Of a stretch of 64,000 nt of DNA, positions 51,518-61,643 are shown in pieces. The stretch is from Anthoceros angustus (lineage: Eukaryota; Plantae; Anthocerotophyta): contig VJWM01000007.1 in NCBI GenBank assembly GCA_010909165.1, positions 434,001 to 498,000 of the forward strand, in the 5' to 3' direction. The notes under the pieces are model-generated. The model was not told the DNA's origin. It did no database searches and was given only the letters and a program-made list of their open reading frames with translations. The number at the start of each line of letters is the position of its first letter. Positions within the stretch are counted from its first letter, which is position 1. A program made the position numbers and the translations under genes.

Positions 51518-52829
51518 TCATAGTTCTCACGATGTAGATGATCTGCAATAGATAATCTATCAGCGGTCCTACGCCTTTTGTGCATATTAGGGATTAGTTT
51601 TATAGGGCGAATCTATTACTGCTGACCTATCTTGGTTAGCCATATCATTTGGACCCAAAAATTTATTTTTTTTAATTTTTCTAAAGATAATTATCAAATC
51701 TAACCGTTGTCTTGGTATATCTTGCCTGAAATTGCTAAGGCTAGCAATTCAATTAAGGTGAGCTAGGATTCTGACAAATTTTTTGGAAATAAGAAAACAA
51801 GCAACTTACATGTTTTTGCATCTTTTGAATGCACGATAATTTGTGCATCCTGAAAGACACAATCTACAATAGGAGCTCATATACCATGAAGAATCAACAT
51901 TGTATATTAAGCAGTAACAACTTGTGTATGCGTATAAACATAATTAAACCAAGTTCATAAAATAAATATTAGCTAAACCCCTAAACCCCAGGTGGTGTGG
52001 GGTCAACATCTATTTCTTCAACATTTAAGCCTACGTTTCACCAACCTACATCCATGTGCCTTATAAATATTGACTAACAAAATTTACTAAGAATCCTAGC
52101 GTCAGTTCCTCGAATTGATATAAGTTCAATTCATCGAACTTTTTGCGAATTGGACAATTCAGTTTTGATTTCAATAGTTGTATTGTATTTTGAATTGAAC
52201 TGGCTAGTGAACTGTGACTAATTGGACAGATGTATAGAATTGAAATAAAAAAAATTACCTCCCACTATCATTACACTCGATATCCCGTATAATGGTCTGA
52301 TTTAATTCTGATTATCGAACCATATCATATAGATAGTATAGCCCATCATCGGCCCTAGGGCTCGTTTCTTCTTAGGGCTGATTTTCAAGTCCTTGCTACA
52401 CATGTGCTTTAAGATGAAGAAGTTTGAACACGCTAATATTTGAAGCGGCTCAATATACAAAGCCGCTTCACGAAAAAGCCGCTTCGGGAAAATCTCATGA
52501 TAATCAAAGCTGCCAGTATAAGTGTGTGTCGGGCGTGTAGCGAGTGCCTTGGTTGAATGATCGATTACGTGTTTTTAAGCGCAGCTAATGGTGGATAAGG
52601 GCGGGCCCGCCGCCGGCGCAATGTGGCAAGCGGTGCATTCACTGACGTGATATGAAGAACCCCAAAATTTTTCATGTCTTATGCGAGAAGGAGTAGGGGC
52701 GGCATGCCGGCACCCTCATATTACAATGTTCCAAACATGTCTATGTCATAAGAGGCGAGATTGATGGAACCTAAGTACAAAGGTCTTCCATGCGGTTTGA
52801 GTTTAGGAAATTGTCCAGGCTATCCATGA

Positions 52830-54420
52830 CTACTTCAAGTCCTTTCGATCGGCGTGCTCCGTGTCCTCAAAGTTGTCAATTTCCTCCATGGCATTGTCTT
52901 GAGGCATGGTCATCTCAGCCCGATCTTTGTTGACCATCGGCGTCTAGTGTCTGCGCCCAACATCTAGGAGGTCACCGGACTTCTCCTTCATTCTGGCCAA
53001 ACGCACTGCGGCGTGACCCATCCTTCTCGGACAAACTAACCTCTTTTGCCCAGGCGGGTCGGTCCTCGGCGATGTGGCTCATGATTCAACTCCTCTTGCG
53101 TGGAGAACTTCGTACCCATGGATTCTCTGGGGAATGAACTCTGCGCACCTCTTGTCCACCTCGATTGCAATGCGATTGCGCCCCGCGCAAAGCTCCCAAT
53201 GTTGTTGACCGCTACCGGCACAAACATCCAAAATCCAGTCCCCTCCTTGAGAAACTTTTGATGAGCTTCATCATCAAAGCCAAAGGCCTTTGGTAAGCAG
53301 ACCACCGGCTTGTCCAATGATGTGTACAACAACTTCTTCACCCAGGGTGGCCAATGACCCGCCCATTATTGAAAGACCCATGGATGTTAGTAGGGATCAT
53401 GCAGTTTTGACCTTTGACCTCGATGTTAACCCCATCCTATCGTGATGTACTCCATAGTGTCATACCCACCCAAGTCGTTGTGCATGTTCGTTTTGTCCCA
53501 TACAAAGACACCAACCCTCCTCCCTGCACCACTTTCGCATGGCCTCCCTCACAACATGCTCTTCAACACCATGCATCACTATCATTCTCATCTCCAGCGC
53601 TGCTCGAGTCGTTGCGGCCATATGGCTCAAAGGTCCGCCGCCCAACATCTAGGAGGTCACCGGACTTCTCCTTCATTCTCATGGCCAAACGCACAACCCC
53701 GCGATCGTGACCCATCCTTCTCGCAAACTAACCTCTTTTGCCCAACTGGTCGGTCCTCGACGATGTGGCTCATGATTCAACTCCTCTTCTCGTCTGGGAG
53801 AACTTCGCACCCATGGATCCTCCGGGGAATGAACTCGCACCTCTTGTCCACCTCGATTGCAATGCGCTACGCGCATAGCAAAGCTCCCAATGTTGTTGAC
53901 CGCTACCAAAGACAAACATCCAAAATCCACCCCTCCTTCGAGAAACTTTTGATGAGCTTCATCATCAAAGCCAAAGGCCTTTGGCATGCACCACCGCTTG
54001 TCCAATGATGTGTACAACAACTTCTTCACAGGGGTGGCCAATGCCGCCCATTATTGAAAGACCCATGGATGTTAGTAGGGATCATGCGATTTTGACCTTT
54101 GACTCTCGATGTTAACCCCATCCTATAGTGATGTACTCCATAGTGTCATACCCACCCAAGTCGTTGTGCATGTTCGTTTTGTCCCATACAAAAGACACCA
54201 ACCCTCCTCCCTTGCACCACTTTCGCATGGCCTCCCTCACAACTTGCGCCTCTTCAACACCATGCATCACTATCATTCTCATCTCCTGGCAGCTGGTCAT
54301 GTCATGGAACAGTGAAATATTTTTCCCAATTGAAAGTGGTCTAACTTCACATCATGTTTACCTCTGTTGAATCCTCCGGCACGTCCATGACCATCGTGGT
54401 GTACTTGCGGACCCTTAGAA
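52830..54420 (-). pseudogene. Beta-class N4-cytosine/N6-adenine DNA methyltransferase domain (N6_N4_Mtase-like), frameshifted as assembled, with its C-terminal ~685 bp tandemly duplicated
   Basis: Frameshift-corrected reading: KYTTMVMDVPE (motif IV position, 54374-54385) ... WEKYF ... FVWDKTNMHNDLGGYDTMEYITIGW ... QRPLALMMKLIKSFSKEGDWILDVCAGSG(TTTLGAL)..GRN.IAIEVDKR (motifs X-I-II at about 53160-53295 and 53850-53985). The order IV...X-I is the beta permutation. Probable stop at 52830. Confidence 0.8.
52955..54290. repeat. ~685-bp tandem duplication inside the MTase gene
   Basis: gcccaacatctaggaggtcaccggacttctccttcattc at about 52955 and 53640; acccatggatgttagtagggatcatgc at 53378 and 54061. 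Confidence 0.9.
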
Positions 54421-56900
54421 ACCCCTCATCTCTGCATCTCTAGAAATGACACGGTACTTGACAATGTCCTCTGTTTTGGCATGAGCGATTGAAGCCCTTC
54501 CTCCATGTCCATATCGCGCTCTTTGCTCATTTTCAAGTCCCTTCCATGTATGGACCTCGAGAATAAAGGCTTGAAAATCATCGGATTTCTTTAGGTCCTC
54601 AACATCTTTCACTTGGCATGGAATGGCAAACATCATGGGTTAGCGTGAGGGCGGAAGGCCTTTGAGAAGAGGCGCCGGCCTGGCGCCCTCACTCACAATA
54701 TGGAAGGAAATATGGTTACCTTGCCCTCAAATGCGGTTTGAAATCTTGCAATAACCGTCGAGGAGTGTTGAGGGTATTCTTGTCTCACCATTTCGAATGA
54801 GTCACAACCGGATGTTTTGCCATTGCCACAGAATGACGTGAAATTTCTTCCAGTGTAACTTCCTTCGTTCAGATTCGGTCAAGAGGCCATCGATTACTTT
54901 CTCCGTGGCACTTATCAACATCTTGTCCCGACTCTCGGAAATTCCTTGCCACGGCTTCCCCTGCATCTCTTTGGGCTTCACAAAACTCCATCAACTTGTT
55001 TTGTCTCCTCGTTGCCTTCCGCTTACCTTTGCTCTTTTGCTTGTGCCACATGCTTCGCGCTCGGGTAGCTCACAGCTTCCCACTTGAAAAATTTTGTCCA
55101 CATTCTCCCGGACCTTACCCTCTAGTTTTGCAATGCACATGATATGGGTTGTTGTCCACCTTGTTACGCTTGTCGCTCATCTTCCGGCCTTCATCGTCTT
55201 CAATCAAACCAAGCACCTTGTAGAGATTGAATTTCAGTTCATGGACATGATGACATGATCCCGCTTAGCTATCGCAACTCATCCGGAGATACGAACCGCT
55301 CAATAAAATTCATCTTCTTCGCTTGTCCGCCATCGGTTGTGATCGGTGGCAATCCTCATCTCGAGAGGCTTAGGCCACAATACACATGGGCTTGATCCAC
55401 GCCTTCCCCGGTGAGATATCCGCAGGTGCCTCATGGCGTGGGTATGGTTTCCACCTAATCGCCCATGACATACTTCTTCGCCTAAACCTTTTCAATCAAT
55501 TTGTCCTCGCGTCTGCGGGATCAATCATACATAGAAGAGGAAGCACTCCTTCTTCAATCCTTCCCTTAGCAATGACGAGCAAGATAATTGGCCCATGCCT
55601 CATCAACTTTATCGGGCATCGGGTGAAGGTGCGCAAATTTTCCGCTTTTACCAAAAGCGTTTGGAACAACCTTTTGGAGTATGCGGTGAACATTGTCGAG
55701 ATAGTCTTCCTCCATGTGCGGCCGCCAAGCGCCATCGGTTTCCACATGAAGAGTTTTGAATCTCATTCTTTGTCGGATGGTGCTGCGCTTGCTCTTCCGA
55801 CTTGCGTGCCCTCGACTACTCCAGATTGTGTTCTCATACTCTGCCGCGATCCCTTTGCTGTTTTGCCTTTTGTGAAGTGGAGAGTCGGCGGGAGTATGGA
55901 CCCCTCCTTGGAAGGTGGGGCCGGCATGCGGCTCCTTCTTCACCATCGCCCGGCCGGCGCCCCGCCGCGCCCCTCTTCAGCGGCGCCGGCATGCGCCTCC
56001 CACCTCGCCGAGGCCGCATGCCCCTCTTCTCACGGGCGGGCGCCGGCGCAGCGCCCTTCTTCCCATGTGCCAGCGGGCGCGGCATGCGGCCTTCTTCTGC
56101 CCAGGGCGCGGCATGCGCCTCTCCATGTGCTTCGGGCGCGCATGCCGGCCCCTCTTCCTTCGCCAAGCGGGGCGGCATCGGCCACCACCCTCGCCTGTCC
56201 ACTCTAGCCTCGGCGGGCTTCCACCCACCAACGTGCTAGGGTGTCTCGCTTGGGATCTGCAAGTGAGGCGCCGGCATCGGCGTCCTCCTCTCCCACTTCC
56301 TCAACAGATATATGGGATAGATATCCATTGCGCCCTAGGAGGTCCAACGACCTCCCCACCGACCTTCTCCACCATGCCCAAGCCTCATCATCCGAATGTC
56401 CCAAAACATCCGGATGGCCCATCTTCTTCATCCGATGGCCCAAACTCATTCTCTTCATCCTCCACAAATGCCATCTCCTTGTGCAAACACACCAAGTCCT
56501 TGGCGCGTTGTCCGATATGAAACCTCACTTTGTGAGTTTTGATGGAGGAGGTAATGGCTTCGCATAGTTTTCTGACACTTCTCTTCGGCTGAGCAGACCA
56601 AACCAGATCGGCAAGAGAAATAGCGGCAAGGTAGCGTTTCTCCATTTGAAACAACAAGCAATGCTAAAAAGGTTGTGATGGGTAGCACTCACACTTTCAG
56701 CTTAGCAATCGTAGACAAGGCTCGCGGCTCACACTTGCGGGCATTGAAGTTGGACTCACTGTAAACACACTATAATCTTCATTGTTCGGAAGAGTGTTGA
56801 ATTCATATGGCCTTCCGGTGCATAGGATCTCGAACTGGCTCTTGTTCCTCCATATCAATTGTTGCCCACACCACCCACCACCGCCGTGCCCTCGATTCGG
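54420..56900 (-). pseudogene. N-terminal part of the same gene, including a ParB/Srx-like domain; frameshifted, probably with introns
   Basis: Corrected reading VLPLLCMIDP...WAIGGNHTHAMRHL (55444-55455) ... HVYCGLS ... IATDHNR ... KKMNFIERF, then coding-like segments (WSFVKPKEMQGKPWQGISESRDKMLI) leading to the MTase. The 5' end is uncertain. Confidence 0.55.
55918..56230. repeat. GC-rich degenerate repeat with GGCATGC/CATG cores (8 CATG in about 230 bp)
   Basis: Recurring ggcgcggcatgc(g/c)gcc..cttctt motifs. Confidence 0.75.
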
Positions 56901-58499
56901 CAAGGCTCCCGTGTCCATACATCCACAACTTGCATTGGAGTCGATTCGTTCTGCATCAGCTCCCAGTTAGTTAAAAACCACTCTCATCCGGCATTAGTTT
57001 CTTCTACATTTCGTGGCCGGATCATGTGATTCCTCGTATGTGTAAGGAGAAGGAATGGTTCGGAGCTTTTGCCCTCGGTGGTTTGGCCAGCTTTGTCCCT
57101 CCACTACTTGTGCGCTTGCCCCGCAGACCCAGCGATCCGGACTTTCACGAGACTGGGCTCCTCCCGAACCATGGTCGATTGCTGCTGGTTGCCTCCAGTG
57201 ATCCTCCGCCCGGGACACGCGCTCCACCTTCTCGCGGCAAAGTGTCGCCTTCTTCTTTGTCTTCTGCGATGCGCGGCTTTTCCAGGTGCAGGGCCAACAA
57301 AGGCCCATCTTGCAGTCCTTCTTGCTGCGTCTCCACTAGCCATGGCCACGATGGTGTGTTCTATGAAACTAGAAAGACATGGTGAAATCGACAGCGCAAT
57401 CACATAAAACCGCAATCCCAGAGATGGCCAACGTTGCCGATCGGCGTCGCGTCCAATCCGATGCCTCGCGTTGCAAACCGTCTCCTCCCGGTGATCCTGC
57501 GCTGGCGGCTTGCTCGAGCTCCACAATGTCGCCCACAATCCTTGAAACGGAGGAAATGGGCGCGCCGCAGAGGTGTGTTACGCTCACGGCAGGGAAGGAG
57601 AGCGCTTGCCGACGTGGCACCCTAATTGGTCCGGCATCATGGCATATCTAGTGGAAATGCACAAATCCGCGTTCTTGGTAACATTAAATATTTAAAAATA
57701 GCAATAGCGGCTCACCGCAAACCCTAGGTGTAATGAGATTATGACTGCGTTTGCGTATCACAAAGGATGGTGTACACCAATGAATATGTAGTTAAGGCAC
57801 CGCCATTCTCTGCATGGTGTCTCATATGCGTAACGAGTGGCGTGGACAAAGGTGGACATGCCCTTATAGTGGTTTGCTATCTTGCCATTCTATAGAACTA
57901 GTTTGTGTTTTCTCTTCTTGTGCTTTTGGAAGGGGCGAGAAAGATGCTCACCGCGACACCGGCGAAAGCGGAGGTGTTTGCACTGCTTTGTGGGCATCTG
58001 GGCGATCCTTACTTCCTTAAGTCTTCCTAAACAATTCCATCAGCGGGGGATCCGCGAAGATATGTGAGGTTTGAGCCTCTTCCGTAGGTCGATGGACATG
58101 AGAAGCAGAAGCCGGACAAGCAAGAATGGCGCCCGATGAACCCAATGCATGCAATGTCAACATGCCACTCCTCGCCCTTGCCTTTGAGTGAGTATTATTT
58201 GACTACTTTGTCTTGTAGTCTTGTGCTTGGTGTCCTAATCTTCACGATGGTGGGATCGGGTAGGACATTACTTTCTTAATCATAAGGCTTGCGGGCGATC
58301 ATCCATTTTCCTCTCGCAGTCCGGTGGAGAAGGCATCGCTGGCAACGGATGCCCGGTATGTGCCACAACTCAGAAAGCGTGAACCTCTATCGCGCATTGG
58401 AGAAAAGTCCGCGGTCGACCAGGCCGCAATAGGCGGTGGAAAGCAAAACTCACGCTGCACGGGGCTTGTTCACCATTCATGGTCGGGGTGAAGGGGGTG

Positions 58500-61400
58500 C
58501 TTGCTTGTAGCTCACCGCGCCGCGGGGAATGCCGGAAGATGTGCAGTTGAGTGTGAAGCCAGAGGTGATGACGAGGAATTTTCCGACTCTTATCTCATCA
58601 CGGAAATAGCGGCAATGGATAACAATGAAGGAGAAGGATTTGGAACATGTACAAGACCAACGTTTCACCCAAAGCCACCGCGACAATGCATGCCCTCGGA
58701 AGTATGTTGCAAAAGCGGAGCGGTGGTGTGTCGCGAGGAAGAGCGGCTGTAGCAGTGGAAGATTCCAAAACCATCTTGCTGTGCCTCCCTATCGCCAAAG
58801 AATCGTTTCAAGAAGAGCGTCGATTCTTGGATCCGGGAAAGGAGAACAGGAGAGGTTCTTGGAGGCACTTGTTCGCCCGCACAAAGGCGCTAGTGCAAAG
58901 GGAAAGGTGCGACATTTCTCATGCACCGCACCACTAAGATGTTGTTTGAAAGCCTTGACGCATGTATTGCATTAGTGCGGTATGAAGAATTGAAGACCGA
59001 GTCCCGAGTAATGCTCCTTGGGACGAGAACAAGCCAAACCCATGTCAAAATCCACGCACGCCTTGGTGCGATTGAGTGGATGGACGCGACTTTCTTGCAT
59101 CTCGAGAGGTTGCGAATGTTGAAGTCTATAACTTGCACGATACTTTTACCAAGCATGAAGTTTGGTCACAATACAAGCGAGGATGGACAAAAGCAGCTTG
59201 CATATGCGTACTTCCTCGTTATGGGAGCAATTTTCCGCGTGAAAATTCCCAAGTCAACAGTTCTCGACATGTTCCTTATTTGGTGAAGTATAACATCCCA
59301 CACAATCTTGGAGCAAAATGCGTCCGGACTCTTAAGTTTATGTTTCTGTTTGTTCACAGTCCATGTAGCATGTGCTTGTGAACTTTGCATGTACATGTTA
59401 TAGAGGAATGTATGCACGCGGTATGCCGTCTTGGCGAGCGCCGGCATGCGCCGCGCATCACGCATAGCGGCGAAATGTCGGCCACCGCTCTCCGGCATGC
59501 GCGGCCATGCATGGCGCGCATGGCGAGCCATGCCGGCGGCCCCTTTCCATGAGGCGCATGCGCGGCATGCCGGCGCCCCTTCCGTCGGGCGCATGGACGC
59601 CGGCATGCCGGTCCCCCAGGCGCATGCGGGCATGCGGCGGCCCCCTTTCCATGAGGCGCATGGCGCCGGCATGCCGGCGGCCCCTTCCGTCGGGCGCATG
59701 GGCGCCGGCATGCCGGCGGCCCCTTCCGCGGCGCATGGGCGCCGGCATGCCGGCGGCCCCCACAGTAGCCGTGCTTCCGTCGGGCGCATGGCGCCGGCAT
59801 GCCGGCGCCCCTTTCCATGAGGCGCATGGGCGCGCATGGGCGCGCATGCATGGTATATGCCTTCCTAGCAAAGGGTCTTTGCAGTGGCTTCCATATTTCT
59901 AGCGGTTCTCTGTGGGTGCTAAAGTGTCTGCGGTATTAATCGATGGTGCGCACGGCTCTAATCGATATTTCCGTGGTTGGACGCAGATGTTTACCAAGCT
60001 GCATTAGACTCCCATAGAGTCTGTCTTATGAACGAAAGGAAGAAAATGTCGAAGCATCGGTCGAAAGGGTACAGTGAGCCGCATAAATACATATTATTAT
60101 CAATTGATGGCATGGACCAGAAGAAAACATCGCTCCCGCACATATTACGGTGGCCTAAAGACTTGAAGGAGGACAACAAGATCACAGTTCATGTTGTGGG
60201 TTGTATGATCCATAATTATACTCACAAGGCCAGAGCTTATCTCCACTATGCGAATCTTCACAATGACGCCGTCGGCGATTTCGATCATACGGATGTCATA
60301 CACACTTACGAGGGCTTCTTCCATCAGTGTTGTATTTGCAGCTTGACAACACGTGCAGGGAGAATAAGAATCAATTGTTATTTGCGTACCTTAATATGCT
60401 AGTGGAGTTGCAGATTTTCAAAAAGGTTAAGGTGGGGTTTCTTCTCGTCGGACACACGCATGACCATGTGGATCGGATGTTTTCATGTTTTTCAAAGCAT
60501 CCAAGCACAAGGAGGCTCGTACTCTCCGGCTATGGAGGATATATTGAGCGGCATACACACCAAACCCAGGTCAAGGTTATCACCGAGTGCGGACTTCGAA
60601 CATATGTGTGGCCAGTTGCGAAAGGAGCCAGGGGGCACCAATTTAAAGCTGCGGTTAAGCAGTTGAACAACCTCGTTCCAGCATCAATTCAAAATTACAA
60701 GGAAGAGATTAGCGCGGAAAAGTTCTGATCATCATAAGCGATATTCTACTTCTCCACAGTGGGAAACCGAAGATGGCTTGGAGTTCTTAACGACAGTTCC
60801 AGACACGGTTATTGGACCTGCACCATTGATGGCCCTTCAGGCAAAAGACAAAAAGGGGAGTGAAGGTGGGCTCACGCATGCGGGCGTAGACCACCTACGG
60901 AAGGGCTTGCTCAAGCTGCCAACATATTTGAATGCGGATGAAGAGGAGTGGTGGATTGAATTGGAAGGATCAGTGAGATCGCAACTATTGTGGACAACAA
61001 CATTGGACTAGTCTTGCGAGCGAATGGAAATGGTATGACAGGACTTGGCGGAGCTACTTGTGTCCCCGCACGTCGGTGAGGCTATTCTTAAGCATTACTC
61101 GAGAAGTACCACAGAGATATGTATTTGGGAGCTCACCAAAGCTTGCAACGCCAAGAGGAGGTGGCAAGGATGAATGGGGATGTCATGGAGATTCGAGAAG
61201 GCATGTTCATTGTCACTCCTTGCGAGGAGACACTCATAACAGCATTTTGGGTTGCAAAGGTTGTAAGTGTGCACGAACTCTGCGGACCCTTTCTTACGTG
61301 TGCATTGGTGGAGAGCGAGCACGGATGCTTACGAGGGCAAGTATGTTGGAGAATACGTATGTAGAGCGAATGGCGACCAAGCACCACATCGAAAGGAAAG

Positions 61401-61643
61401 GGGAAAAACTCAAGACCTCCAAACATCCGGACAATCTTCGTTCGCAAAGCGGTTATCGCCTATTATGGGTTCAAGTTGAACTCAAGGAAACATCTATATG
61501 CATCGGATAAGAAAGTAATTAGAGAAGGAGTGCCCTTCGTCCCCATCTGCAACCATGCACTCGATGCCCAAGATGAAAGCGATGACGATTGTAACGAGGA
61601 GAAGGAGGTAAATGGAGAAGGTCTAGACTACGGCGAAGAGTGA
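58500..61643 (+). pseudogene. DUF7869/CMC (Chapaev/EnSpm-related)-like DDE transposase, frameshifted as assembled, with a probable intron at about 59335-59987
   Basis: Corrected reading: WMDATF..G..NLHDTFTKHEVWSQY...AYFL..W..FFPRVKIPK; YILLSIDGMDQKKTSLPH..HVVGCMIH; LYLQLDNTCRENKNQLLFAYLNMLVELQIFKKVKVGFLLVGHTHDHVDRMFS; C-terminal GMFIV..FWVAKV. Stop at 61641-61643. The 5' end is uncertain. Confidence 0.8.
59430..59855. repeat. ~39-bp GC-rich minisatellite of palindromic CCGGCATGCCGG/GCGCATG units (about 27 CATG in ~410 bp)
   Basis: The unit ccccttccgtcgggcgcatgggcgccggcatgccggcgg repeats with variation inside the inferred transposase intron. Confidence 0.9.

Noticed and set aside
55386-56520. 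Plus-strand ORFs of 201-273 aa
   Set aside because: They are antisense to the ParB-like coding region and run through the GC-rich repeat, where stops are rare.
52830-56900. Bacterial contamination as the source of the methyltransferase
   Set aside because: Considered unlikely: it is embedded among plant LTR elements and a eukaryotic-type transposase, with no operon or bacterial gene context. Read-level confirmation is still needed.
59166-59902. Several long ORFs on both strands (e.g. 223 aa, 165 aa)
   Set aside because: They are translations of the CATG minisatellite and lack stops only because of base composition.
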